64,000 nucleotides of DNA from Octopus sinensis (GCF_006345805.1 NC_043006.1:21390001-21454000), one strand, 5' to 3'. Shown: positions 11,791 through 24,459, counted from the stretch's first letter. Notes: generated by a model from the letters alone, not told the origin. A program made the numbers and translations.

Positions 11791-12686
11791 CAATATAGGA
11801 TGAAGTCCCTTTCTCTACAGAAAAGGATTCCATCAAAAAGCGTGGCAGTATATTAAAAAAACCTTTACGGTTGAAGTATAAGCATCTTATAATTAAGGGC
11901 TAAAGAAGGTTATTCTAAAGCCAATACACTGATTTATCCACTTATAATCCACTTGTTACAGGAAAATTGAACTGAAAGCGGGCAACTAACCTTTAGAAAA
12001 TTTAAATTTCGTTATCTCTATATTGAATCAATTTCGGAATTAATCCTATAAAGGATACATTCTTCGTCAGTAGAGCTTACGAGGGAATATAAATAAAATA
12101 CTCACATGCGATTATGGAAAAAGCAGAAGCTAAAAACATAACTACATTTAAGTACATCATATATATCTAAAAATAAACATTCCTTGGTCAGTCTCAGAAC
12201 AACGTGTTGACCTTTCGCCGCTACATGTTGTAATGGTTACCGGTTCCCTTGTAACAAGCAGTGAGTTTACTACTAACAATATAGGATGAAGTCCCTTTCT
12301 CTACAGAAAAGGATTCCATCAAAAAGCGTGGCAGTATATTAAAAAAACCTTTACGGTTGAAGTATAAGCATCTTATAATTAAGGGCTAAAGAAGGTTATT
12401 CTAAAGCCAATACACTGATTTATCCACTTATAATCCACTTGTTACAGGAAAATTGAACTGAAAGCGGGCAACTAACCCTTAGAAAATTTAAATTTCGTTA
12501 TCTCTATATTGAATCAATTTCGGAATTAATCCTATAAAGGGGACCGGTAACCATTACAATATGTAGCGGCGAAAGGTCAACACTTTGTTCTGAGACTGAC
12601 CAAGGAATTTTTATTTTAGATATAAATGATTTACTTAAATGTAGTTATGTTTTTAGCTTCTGCTTTTTCCATAATCGTATGTGAAA
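11789..12686. mobile_element. ~486-bp non-coding unit in partial tandem plus inversion (PLE pseudo-LTR-like)
   Basis: 11789-12054 is repeated at 12275-12540; 12541-12686 is the reverse complement of about 12103-12248. Confidence 0.8.
12016..12075 (-). ncRNA. Type I hammerhead ribozyme motif, family F2
   Basis: Minus strand reads CTCTA CTGACGA A-gaatgtatcct-TTAT-aggattaattc-C GAA ATTGA-T-TCAAT A TAGAG: 5-bp stem I, canonical core, long stem II, palindromic stem III. Confidence 0.75.
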
Positions 12687-13056
12687 GGTCAGGCTTGGCG
12701 AACACCGGTCACGTGGAGAGAGAAGTGAGAGAGGTAAAGGCAGGGGGATAGAAGAATGAAGGAGGGGCGAGAAAAATTGTAAGAGACACAGACAGTGTGA
12801 AGTGAAAGAGGAGTGAAGGTGAGCATGAAGAGAAGGCCAGGAAATGTGAGAGAGGGGGAACGAAAGCACGAAGAATGAGATAAACGAAGTGTGATGGGGC
12901 TGTTAGAAAGAAGGAAAGAATGAAAGAATATATATATATATATATTATATATATACATAGTTAATCCAAACAAGAAAGCACAAAAAGCACAACAGCGCAA
13001 GGACGTGGAACAAATATAGTATTATTGGACGCTCAGGAAAGAAGGAAAGAAGGAGG

Positions 13057-13091
13057 GTTTAACGTTTCGAGCGGAACTCTTCGTCGGAAAC
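13057..13091 (-). ncRNA. Minimal hammerhead motif related to F1
   Basis: Minus strand reads GTTT CCGACGA A GAGT TCC GCTC GAA ACGT T AAAC; stem I GTTT/AAAC covaries with CTTT/AAAG of the other copies. Confidence 0.55.
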
Positions 13092-13574
13092 ATAGGAGAA
13101 GGAAAGATCCAGAGAAGGGAAGACAGAGGGAAAAAATGGTAGCATTCATATATTCACGCACGAATCTAAAATGGAGAACCCCTGAAATGTTTCACAAATT
13201 TTCACTTTTCCTCTGATGGATTGTTTCTGAGCAATGAGAGTTAATCTGTTTGTTTTCCTATCTTGGACAATGCAATTTCTTCTAGGTATCTATGTAGACA
13301 TGGTGTTACGTAACTCACTGCACTTAAAATAATAGAAACAAACGAAAATCTTTAAACCGGATATAGGAGCTGTAGGTTTTATATCTAACTTAGTTGTCCG
13401 TAGATGTCTACCTTTTCGCAAATTATACACTGAAGTATATACACACGTTAGTATATTCATGCAAGCCAATATATACATTTAAGCACGTCAGTCAGTTTTT
13501 TAAGACCACATCCGCTAGACAGCCGATCTCTACAATGATGCATGACTTTTGTTCTCAATCCTCTATATTCATAT

Positions 13575-13962
13575 GTGGAGGCGCAATGGCCCAGTGGTTA
13601 GGGCAGCGGACTCGCGGTCATAGGATCGCAGTTTCGATTCCCAGACCGGGCGTTGTGAGTGTTTATTGAGCGAAAACACCTAAAGCTCCACGAGCCTCCG
13701 GCAGGGGGTGGTGGTGATCCCTGCTGTACTCTTTCACCACAACTTTCTCTCACTCTTACTTCCTGTTTCTGTTGTACTTGTATTTCAAAGGGCCGGCCTT
13801 GTCACTCTCTGTGTCACGCTGAATATCCCCGAGAACTCCGTTAAGGGTACACGTGTCTGTGGAGTGCTCAGCCACTTACACGTTAATTTCACGAGCAGGC
13901 TGTTCCGTTGATTCGAATCAACCGGAACCCTCATCGTCGTAACCGACGGAGTGCTTCCACAT
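13575..13962 (+). mobile_element. tRNA-derived SINE family B (possibly the octopus OR type)
   Basis: GTGGAGGCGCAATGGCCCAGTGGTTAGGGCAGCGGACTCGCGG...GTTTCGATTCCC head with A/B boxes; near-identical copies at 49318 and 58793. Confidence 0.9.
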
Positions 13963-14091
13963 GTTCATATCTGGCCAGTTGTGCTTACATTGGATTATTG
14001 CTTAAATTGGAATCTTCCCTTAGTGTTCTTTATTTTTAAAAGTGTGGGTTCTCAGGTTCTGGTGTATGTTTGGTATATATGTAGGTATGTA

Positions 14092-14317
14092 GGTGAGCTG
14101 GCAGAAACGTTAGCACGCCGGGCAAAATGCGTAGCCGTATTTTGTCTGCCGCTACGTTCTGAGTTCAAATTCCGCCGAGGTCGACTTTGCCTTTCATCCT
14201 TTCGGGGTTGATTAAATAAGTACCAGTTATGCACTGGGGTCGATGTAATCGACTTAATCCCTTTGCCTGTCATTGTCTGTTCCCTCTGTGTTTAGCCCCT
14301 TCTGGGCAGTAAAGAAA
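14092..14317 (+). mobile_element. SINE-A monomer with 18-bp TSD
   Basis: TSD TATATATGTAGGTATGTA at 14074-14091 and 14318-14335. Confidence 0.88.
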
Positions 14318-14369
14318 TATATATGTAGGTATGTATGTTTTGCTTTGAGGTTAAGTTCTTCTTTTACAA

Positions 14370-14978
14370 CAGAAAAACAGAGTACAGGACATACTACACA
14401 AGGAAAAATCCCTTCATCAGCTGTCAATAGTTCGACTCTAGCGTGTTTCGAAGGCAAGACAGAACACGACTCGCCAAACTAATCCTTCCTGCGAGAGAAT
14501 TAAAATAAAATTACCTCGCAGAGGGGCAAAAACAAGCAAGAAAAAATGTAACACAAACAGGACGTAAAAACGATACAAATAAAACTACAAAATAAAATAC
14601 AAGATAAAAATACATGTACAAGAAAATACAATACGAGAAATAAAAATAAACAAGAAAACAAACTTGTTTTTCTTGTTTGTTTTCTTGTTTATTTTTATTT
14701 CTTGTATTGTATTTTCTTGTACATGTATTTTTATCTTGTATTTTATTTTGTAGGTTTATTTGTATCGTTTTTTACGTCCTGTTTGTGTTACATTTTTTCT
14801 TGCTTGTTTTTACATCTCTGCGAGATCATTTTATTTTAATTCTCTCGCAGGAAGGACTAGTTTGGCGAGTCGTGTTCTGTCTTGCCTTCGAAACACGCTA
14901 GAGTCGAACTAGTGACAGCTGATGAAGGGGATTTTTCCTTGTGTAGTATGTCCTGTACTCTGTTTTTCTGTGTAAAAA
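14370..14978. repeat. Fold-back inverted repeat with ~290-bp arms (probable PLE terminal inversion)
   Basis: Arm 14370-14660 is the near-perfect reverse complement of 14675-14978; centre near 14665. Confidence 0.85.
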
Positions 14979-15340
14979 ATGGTTTTTCCGTTTTCGTTTC
15001 TCGTGAGTTCTACGTCTAGTTGTGGTGTCCTGTACTCACGTATATATATTTATATATGCATGTATATATACATGTAGATGTAGGTACGTACATATATGTT
15101 TGTATGTATGCATATATTTATTTATTACACTATTGTTTGACAGCGCCCTCGCGTCGGTTCGATTCGATTCGTTCGCTTCGTTCCGTCCTAATTTCCCCAG
15201 TTATATTTTATATAATAATATATATATATATATATATATAGAATATCTATATATATCTATATATTATATAGATATATATATTATAGATATATATATATAT
15301 ATTTATGTATATATATATATTTATATTATATGTATAAATA

Positions 15341-15412
<72 letters not shown>

Positions 15413-15629
15413 CAATTTAGGGTAGCAAAAAATTCAGTAAAAAATTATCGCTACCAGCGGCCTGATGGAAAAGAGAAAATAGTAAAAGACTAAATATGTA
15501 TAAATATAACAATTTAGGAATGGTCTAAACAGGCCATTCGTCCACCAGAAAGAGCAGCCAGAACTCCAACCGCCAAGTAGTGTAATTCGGAAATAAGGTG
15601 AAAATTTAAAAACATTACCCTAATTCATT

Positions 15630-15726
15630 CTTTTATACGATGCATCGTTCCGTGTCTTTCATGATAGACCAGCTTATTAAATTAAATTAAGCTAGTCTAC
15701 CATAGGTCACACTTCATCAGTAAAAG
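15630..15726 (-). ncRNA. Hammerhead motif F3, degenerate copy
   Basis: Same fold as 16663-16760, but the TGAA segment reads GGA. Confidence 0.6.
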
Positions 15727-16189
15727 AAACCTGGAGAGAACGGATATACACGAGGCGACTGTATCAATGCCTCGGGAATATCTGTCTTAAAATTTTCAAG
15801 ACCAACGCATTCGCGCGAACTTATCGGCAGACAAATATATAAACTGCCGATTCAATCTCAGAATTAGTCAGAAAATTATCAATTAATCAATTTAGGCTGC
15901 TCTTTCTGGTGGACGAATGGCCTGTTTAGACCATTCAAATTTCTATTTATACATATTTAGTCTTTGACTATTTTCTCTTTTCCATCAGGCCGCTGGTAGC
16001 GATAAATTTTACTGATTTTTTGCTACCCTAAAGTGATTAATTGATAAATTTTTGACTAATTCTGAGATTGAATCGGCAGTTTATATTTGTGCCGATAAGT
16101 TTGGCGCGAATGCGTTGGTCTGAAAATTTTAAGACAGATATTCCCGAGGCATTGATACAGTCGCTCGTGTATATCCGTCTCTCCAGGTT

Positions 16190-16289
16190 CTTTTACTGAT
16201 GAAGTGTGACCTATGGTAGACTAGCTTAATTTAATTTAATTAAGCTGGTCTATCATTAAAGACAATGAAACGATGCATCGTATTAAAAG
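16190..16289 (+). ncRNA. Type I hammerhead ribozyme motif F3
   Basis: CTTTTA CTGATGA AGTGT...ACAAT GAA ACGATGCATCGT A TTAAAAG. Confidence 0.75.
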
Positions 16290-16662
16290 ATGAATTAGGG
16301 TAAATGTTTTTAAATTTTCACCTTATTTCCGAATTACACTACTGTGGCGGTTGGAGTTCTGGTGCTCTTTCTGGTGGACGAATGGCTGTTTAGACCATTC
16401 CTAAATTGTTATATTTATACATATTTAGTCCTTTGACTATTTTCTCTTTTCCATCAGGCCGCTGGTAGCGATATTTTTACTGAATTTTTTGCTACCCTAA
16501 ATTGATAATTGATAATTTTCTGACTAATTCTGAGATTGAATCGGCAGTTTATATTTGCTGCCGATAAGTTTGGCGCGAATGCGTTGGTCTTGAAAATTTT
16601 AAGACAGATATTCCCGAGGCATTGATACAGTCGCCTCGTGTATATCCGTCTCTCCCAGGTTT

Positions 16663-16760
16663 CTTTTACTGATGAAGTGTGACCTATGGTAGACTAGTTA
16701 ATTTAATTTAATTAAGCTGGTCTATCATTAAAGACACTGAAACGATGCATCGTATAAAAG
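16663..16760 (+). ncRNA. Type I hammerhead ribozyme motif F3, intact
   Basis: CTTTTA CTGATGA AGTGT..(inner hairpin TAGACTAG/CTGGTCTA)..ACACT GAA ACGATGCATCGT A TAAAAG: 6-bp stem I, canonical core, 5-bp stem II base, 12-nt perfect-palindrome stem III, GUA site. Confidence 0.85.
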
Positions 16761-16879
16761 ATGAATTAGGGTAAATGTTTTTAAATTTTCACCTTATTTC
16801 CGAATTACACTACTTGGCGGTTGGAGTTCTGCTGCTCTTTCTGGTGGACGAATGGCCTGTTTAGACCATTCCTAAATTG

Positions 16880-16921
<42 letters not shown>

Positions 16922-18620
16922 TACATACATATAATGACGCGGGGTGGCGTCATTTGAAGGCTAAAACAATGCGAAGCGCTTTGTGACCAGCGATGAGTAA
17001 CAACATCTGATAGCCTGGTCGGTCACGGTGATCACGGTGATATATATATATATATATATTCATTTATAGTCTATTAATGATCTTTACAATCAAAGCGGTA
17101 TAGGTGAACGTGTATATACATTAATTTTCAACATGAATTTCTATCCTTGAGTGTTGTTTAGATTCGTTCATGTTCTACAGGTGGGAAACATGCTCGTATA
17201 ATTTTATATACTCATAGCTGCAGAGGGCAGTGATCTACAGTGTATGTATGCATACATACACACATACATACATACACACACAAACATGCAAGCAATATAT
17301 GTATTGCCTATAAAGGCATAATCACAAATCCAAACATAACACACTTTTACATCTATTTAGTTTCGTGATGTTATTCTTGGTTGCACATAACTACATGGTC
17401 ATGTTTAGATATAAATAGAAGCGAAGGGAAATGTCGCAATCGAGTGAAAACTACCATTCGCTGAAATGATATTCCTTAATTCGTGTTTTGGAAACTTGTA
17501 AAGGAAACAATGTATCACTATAGAGATAGTTATTTGTTGAGAGATGCAGAAGTAAGCTTGCAGCAATAACAACCAATGAGATTCGCGGAAAAAGCCACCG
17601 AGTTGAGAATAATGATATATTACAGAATTTACCCGGTTAGTAAAGTGAATATCCATAAGATGCATTTAATCTTATTCAGGGCCGGTTTTAAGTCAACTAA
17701 TCAGATTTGTTCAAATCGGCCTCGCACCAAGAGAGGCCAAGAGATGACCTTGAAAATGTAGATACCAATGTCTTTCATTCTCCAGTATCTGTTCTAATGT
17801 TCTTACCATGAGAAAGAAATGCGTTTGTTCAATTTGAAAAATTTCCTCTCATTCTTCTTCGACTACTTTTCCTCCTCCTCCTCATCATCATCATCATTAT
17901 CAATACTTCTTTATCTTCATTTTCTCTGTCTTACTCCCCTTCCTATCATTCTCCTCCTCCTTACGCAGGGGCCTCAAAGTTTAGCGGCAGTAAAAGGAAG
18001 TTAGCTCTCTTAAGGTCAGAGATTTGGCCCAAGATCTCAGCTTTGAGGAGAACTTACCGGAGATCTATGAGGTGGTGTTAAACCGGATTATGCATCAAGA
18101 AAATCTAATACCCAAGAGCATAGAAGGTAAAATGTTGGTTCAAATATGATGAGCTATCTCAATCAACATTCTATATAGTGCTTGAAATAAAATTGTGTGT
18201 GAAATAAAATTGCGTACGGTAAAAAGAGTTGCCTCTCTTAGGTACATCCCATTGATAAAAGCCAAGTAGCTTGAATCATCGATGTCTGGGATTCCTAATG
18301 AATGGTGACACTAAACAAATAGTGTATTTTCACACCTTTTTATCATATGAGAAATATTTTCTCTACGGTAACTGTAATGAATTTCCCTTTTAGCAGTTGA
18401 AATATATCACAAACCTATTTCAACTAACCTAAATTTTGTGTATGCCTAAACACCGTTTGGCGCTAATATTTCGCTATTTTCCTCGATCTGGCTGTATTTT
18501 GCATAAAGGTTTATAAAATTTGTCCAGAGTTGTCTCTCTTAGATATTTCGCATGGAAAAAAGCCTTCAGGAATTTTTTTACTGAATGAATCGACCCTAGT
18601 ACTTTTTTTGTTTTTTTCTT

Positions 18621-18766
18621 TAAGCCTGGTACTCATTCTATCGCTAAGTTACGGGGACGTAAACGCACCAACACCAGTTGTCAAGCGGTGATGGAGACAG
18701 ACACTGACACAAAGACACAGGCACACACATAGACATACATACACGTGTATGCATGTATACACACAC

Positions 18767-18826
<60 letters not shown>

Positions 18827-18981
18827 GTTATGACAGGTTTCTTTCAGTTTCCACCTACAAAATCCACTAGAAAGGCTTTGATCAGCCCGTGGCTATAGTA
18901 GAAGACACTTGTCCAAGATGCCACATAGGGGAACTGAACACGGAACCATGTGATTGGGAAGCAAAGTTTCTTATCACACAG
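18621..18981 (-). mobile_element. SINE family C copy (internal CA/TA microsatellite)
   Basis: Shares sequence with copies at 25885, 42690, 51355 and 55990. Confidence 0.8.
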
Positions 18982-19359
18982 TTTAGTTAGGCTGCATATT
19001 TCAGTACAGCTCTGTTATACATACTGATGCTCAAACGAGCTTGCTGCCTTAAGCTTGGCTCAAAAATCCAAACCACTCTTTCAAATATTACTAGTAATTC
19101 ACAAAATACAGTATAACTTTGGATGGACATCATTTTAATATCGATCAGGCTCCCTACCAGTGCCAAGAGCAACTACATATGGATCAAGGTCACAAGTATT
19201 AATGATATGTACAACAAGAAAATGAAACAAAACTACCAATACAAAGTAATAACGGCTGCTTCAAGTTAACTCTAACCAACATTTGTTGCTAGTCACCGAA
19301 TAGAACCCATGCTCAAGAAAAACTCTTTCAATACCTCTTTCCTGGTATTGCAAAACAGC

Positions 19360-19652
19360 AAGTGGAAGCACATGGCCTAGTGGTTAGAGCAGCGGACTCG
19401 CGGGTTCGAATCTCAGACCGGGCGATGTGTGTGTTTATGAGCGAAACACCTAAACTCCACACGGCTCCGGCAGAAGGTAATGGCGAACTTCTGCTGACTC
19501 TTTCGCCACAACTTTCTCTAACACTTTCCTCTGCATCTTGCAGCTCACCTGCGACGGACCGGCGTCCCGTCCAGGTGGTGAACCTATACGCCAAAGAAAC
19601 CGGGAAACCGGTCCTTATGAGCTAGGCAGGGCTCGAGAAGGAACAAACAAAC
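19360..19652 (+). mobile_element. SINE with B-type tRNA head and a different tail
   Basis: Head GGAAGCACATGGCCTAGTGGTTAGAGCAGCGGACTCGCGG and central part resemble family B; 3' part ends GAGAAGGAACAAACAAAC. Confidence 0.8.
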
Positions 19653-20475
19653 GGCAAAAATAGTCGCTGAAATCCACAACATTACTCGATGCATGAGGCT
19701 AGCTATACAGTTGCTACATTCCAGAGCCTTTCTTTAGGAAATGAGTATCAAAAAGACGTTCAGGGCACCGATACTAACACATCCATTGGCAAAACAGATA
19801 CAATTGGATTTTAAGCTGACGTCACCTTCTAAGTCGGGTCCACAGCATGTGTGGAATGTGGTATTGCAGCGCAATTCGTTACTGGTACATACGAATCAAA
19901 GAAGATATCAATGACAGAGCTAAGAAATCAGTGTCATGGGTCAAAATGGAGAATAAAAAAAAGCTGTGATCATCAGACAATATAAAGAGTCCATCAACAA
20001 GTCGTGAATGAAGTTCATTGTGTAGTGTAGTCATTTCTTCCTTTTGGGCCCGTGTAACGCAACCTCTATCATTATTTTCACCATTCGTCAACAGCACGCG
20101 CTGTTACATCACATAAAGACTTGAAAAGGTAATGTAGCCAATGTTCTCACTTTAAAAATGAAAAACTCTTTATTCAAAATGTCGAATGTCGGATTATTAA
20201 ATGTTTAATGTAAAAGTATGCTTTTTGCTTAATTTTATTTCAATTTTACTATATTTCAAACTGCATTGTCGTGCCATTTTAATGTACTCTTTTATACATG
20301 TACACACACACAGGCACGCTCACACACGCACGCACACACACGTACGCACACTCACACACACACACACACTCACACACACACACACACACACATACACACA
20401 CATATATATATAGTCGCGATGATAGATCGTTAGCGACTACACACATTTTTTCTCTCCTTGATTTTTTCTGTGTCC

Positions 20476-20511
20476 CTTTCTGTAGAAGATCGTAGGCTCG
20501 AAACGTAAAAT
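20476..20511 (+). ncRNA. Minimal hammerhead motif F1
   Basis: CTTT CTGTAGA A GATC GTAG GCTC GAA ACGT A AAAT. Confidence 0.6.
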
Positions 20512-20604
20512 ACCTTTTCTATTCTTGAGCGTTATACTAATACATATGTTTGTTTTGTACACCACCTGTCTTCGTTTTTTGTTTTTTATTTCGTAAACTC
20601 TCCC

Positions 20605-20668
<64 letters not shown>

Positions 20669-20737
20669 GGAGTAAACACATAAATGTAAAACAAGGTGGA
20701 AAAAAGAGTACTCAAATACCAGTGGTAGAGTAATATG

Positions 20738-20857
20738 CTTTATTTAAAGCAGCAGAAAATTCAACAAAACCGGTTACTCTGAGTTTCCCGTTGCCGTTCG
20801 GCAATGGAAAACTCAGAGTAACAGGTTTTGTTGAATTTTCTGCTGCTTTAAATAAAG
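20738..20857. repeat. ~120-nt fold-back hairpin of a PLE terminal sequence (family F4)
   Basis: Arms of about 50 bp (CTTTATTTAAAGCAGCAGAAAATTCAACAAAAC...GAGTTTCC and its reverse complement); related to 44630-44735. Confidence 0.85.
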
Positions 20858-21329
20858 TATATATATATATATATATATATCTTTTAATTGGCAGAAACGC
20901 GTTTCTTTATATAAAAAGAACATGTCTCATAAAAATATCTACTTTTCAAATTTGAAATAGTCTCTGCTTGAAGCAGTCAAAAAGCATACACACATGCACG
21001 CGCGGTCACATCACATATACGCACACACTAGTAAGTGCCGTGAACGAAACTCTCGATCCATGAGGTTACATTTCTAACCTCTGGCCAATTAAATATATTT
21101 AAATGTGTGTATGTGCGTGTTTGTGTGTGTATGCTCGTATGTGTAAGTGTATATTCTACAGAAAATATTGGAATTCCCGAATGCGTGAAGGCTGTGAAAA
21201 CAGCTTAGAAAATCGGGTTAGTGCCCTCTAGAAGACGGTAAAATGACCAGCAAGCCTCCACAGGGAATCAGAACCTACAACTCTCAAAGCTCCGGTTGAG
21301 CACTCTATACAATTAAGATAAAAGATCTT

Positions 21330-21800
21330 TGACAAGGCCCCTGTCGTTTGCGTTCTAATCTGCTGAATCTTCTCTAATCACTTTGGATAGATCTTAATAA
21401 AGCTGGTCGTTGATTAAATGAGCTTTCCATGTAACATTCAGAACCATTCTTAACATTCTATTTGGTTTTCATGCTTTTTGGCGAGTGTCTACCGTGAAGA
21501 TAAACAACCTAAATTTCAATTTACGTGCCATCCTTGAACTTCAAGTTTTCACTCAGTGAGTGCCTTCCGCGCAGCAAAGTCCTTTTCACTACTTTCCAGC
21601 CAAGAACCAAGATATTTGAAGTCAATAACCTCCTTAATTTTTTTTCCGTTTCTTATAAAGAGGTGATTTGTTGCTCGGAATCTTGATTGAATGTCTGGTA
21701 TTCAGTATTATCTGAGTTACAGTACAGGCTAACCTTTACAGCTTCAGTTTTTAGTCTGTTGATCACTTCTGTTGAGTTTATTTCATGAAAGTCAATATAA
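21330..21800 (-). mobile_element. RTE-like LINE RT C-terminal fragment
   Basis: Minus-strand translation gives IKEVIDFKYLGSWLESSEKDFAARKAL and RMLRMVLNVTWKAHLINDQLY. Confidence 0.75.
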
Positions 21801-21819
21801 GACAGATCTTAAGTATATC

Positions 21820-22660
21820 TTTGATAAAGTTATGTCAATTGTACAGCAGAATTATACAGCAGAAGTGATTAGTCAGATTAAAACCATTCCGATAAAATCA
21901 GATATAAATATTTTTGATTCGACACTAGCGACAATTATGCATCAATAACTTCACCTAAAACGATCTTTTACGCTAAATACATCCCAAGTATCGCGAAAGC
22001 ATCAACAGAAATCATTAGGCACGATCTAAAAGTAGTTGTCAAATACAGCTTGAATTTATTGATCAATAAGAAATTCAAAGAACCTTTTGATGTGAACATA
22101 GGTGCTAAGAACTCTGCAAAAACAAGTGACCTGACAGACTCTACTTACTCCAGAGAAAGCAAAGCATTTTTCCCATAGTCATCATAATCCTTTTTCGGGA
22201 TAATGAATTCTTAATCCTGCACCGATCGTGGAATTTTAAAAATATTTCAAACTATTTTTGAGATCCTAGATTTCTGAAAAAACATCGTAGTTTATTTCAC
22301 GAAAGTCAATTATCTTAATGTTACACGACACCCTTCCAAATATTTTTATTTCCCAAACCATAAATCGAACCGTAATGCATAATTATATCCGTTGTTTTGT
22401 CAACTTCCTCTGGTGTATTACTAACAAGCTTGTCTCGAACATGTCACTGGGGATTTTCGCCTCATCAGCTAACGGAAAAAATGTTTCTCAATGCATCTTA
22501 TTACAGTGAAAACTTGACCAGAAGTGGCTTTGAAGATAAAATCTATTACATAACAACACCTATCCCTAATCACATTATAAACAAGAATTGGAAAAGAAAC
22601 CCAAACCGATACTCATCTCCCTCTAATAATGGTTTCAAATTTTGGCACAATGCCAGGAAT
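21820..22660 (+). mobile_element. Degenerate Penelope-like RT fragment
   Basis: FDVNIGAKNSA (decayed FDVTMGxYDxA motif) and EKMFLNASYYSENLTRSGFEDKIYY (PLE thumb region). Confidence 0.65.
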
Positions 22661-23496
22661 TTTTGAGAGAAATGGTGGGGGCAGTTGACCACAACGAGCT
22701 CAGTACTTGACTAGTACTTATTTTATCGACAACGAAAGGATGAACGGTAAAGTTTAACTGGGCAGAATTTAAACTCAGGACGAAAAGACGGACGAAATGC
22801 CTCTATGAATTTTGCCCGGCATGCTAACTATGCTCCAGCTCACCATTTTATCTGTCTAACAATACAGTGTCTATACTACTGGTTCAGAATTTGTTTCAGG
22901 TCTTTAAGAAACATTTACTTTTAAATCACAAAATCATCAGATAGTTAATAGAAATGTTGCTAAACTTTTCAACTCTACTACTTCAAATCTTTGATTACAA
23001 CTTAAAATATCATAACACTTACAAATTTAAAACATAACAAAGCCATTAACCAACAAAACACCAACATGTGCAACTCCCTCTTCCCAATAGTTGCCCTTTA
23101 GATTTTAAATGCATGATTAAGAATATTGTATTCCAATGTCGGGTTTAAGATAAATCAAAAGCTTACTTCAGATTGACCTCAAAGCCATTTAAGTCGAGAT
23201 TATATTTACATGTGCATTCCTTTATAAGCTAACACAAAGACAGACGAATTGTTTGGCTTCATACATTTGGTCATTAAAGCATAATTCAATACCATATCAA
23301 CTTAAATAGGACTTTTTAGATCTAAAGTATACAAGAAGAACAATATCCCACGTAATATTTATAGAATAGAGGGCTTTCATATACTTTTTGCAATGACTTC
23401 TTTATTCAGTTACCATTCAAAGGAGTTTCTAAAATCTGCATAAAACTCGAGTCGTAAGATTTTACAAGCTGACCGTTTTTCGCATCATTACATATC

Positions 23497-23537
<41 letters not shown>

Positions 23538-23729
23538 ATCAGCAAGTGAATTTGCACATAATTTTTCCGGTATTCGATTCATAAAAATATCCAACGGCTT
23601 AAATCTTCTAACTAATAGTCTTTCTCCTTCACCATTATTAACAGTTGTAAATCCATCAACGCTAAATCTTAATTGATGTGTATGACTGCTAGCGTTGTTT
23701 AGTTTTGTGTTTACTTCGTGTTAGTTATC

Positions 23730-24010
23730 AATTAAACCGATTTGATTTACTTTCCAACTTCACGTCATTCTACTTCGACAGGCTGATGGGAATTTACGAA
23801 ATATTTTGATCATCCCTAAAATGTCGATTTTTATTAATTACGCTAAATCCATCACAAATATCACTAAAAATGAAAATCAGTTGTCAAATACAGCGATATC
23901 TTATGGATCAATAAAAACAATATAAAGAAGTTTTTGATGTAACTACGGGTGCATATGACTCCTCAGAAACAAGTAACCGCGTTAGCATCTACATACACAA
24001 CGAAATGAAA
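23730..24010 (+). mobile_element. Degenerate Penelope-like RT fragment
   Basis: EVFDVTTGAYDSSETSNRVSIYIHN. Confidence 0.6.
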
Positions 24011-24459
24011 CAATTCGACAAGAACTCATATCATTTGTGTGTATTGTCCTGTATTGTCCAATCTTTATATGATATTCATTATTGTAATAAAGAATTCACC
24101 TCTAGAAGAACAATTGTCTCGTGCAGACGCGGATATTTTGCGTCGTAATTTGCTGTTACCAAAGTGAGTTCGTTTTTGTCTGGTATTATGATAGTTTTGT
24201 GTATTTTGCTTTCAACTGAACTGTTGTCCTTCGTGGAACAGTAATTTTCGCCCTACGAGGCAGAAAATTCTGTTTTGAAATTATTGTGGAAAGAAAGTTA
24301 TTGCTGAACTGTTGTTCTTTACCCGTTGCCGGGTAGTGAATTTATTCCGACATTTTTTGTCATTTTTGGAAATTTAGAAAAAGTATATGATAGAATTTAA
24401 TATTGCATAAAAAAAAAGATTTTCCCGCGATGAGAAAATGTATACCAGTGAAAGTGTAG

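Larger units (their letters stand above)
15411..16885. mobile_element. ~470-bp hammerhead-containing unit: one inverted copy plus ~2.1 tandem copies (retrozyme-like / non-autonomous PLE)
   Basis: 15411-15896 is a minus copy with terminal redundancy ATCAATTTAGG; plus copies restart at 15897, ~16362 and ~16832; embedded in (TA)n; no ORF of 60 aa or more. Confidence 0.85.

Noticed and set aside
14880-14930. Type II hammerhead (GAAAC...GTC...CTGATGA)
   Set aside because: No stem I hairpin can form, and the stem II pairing would consume core bases.
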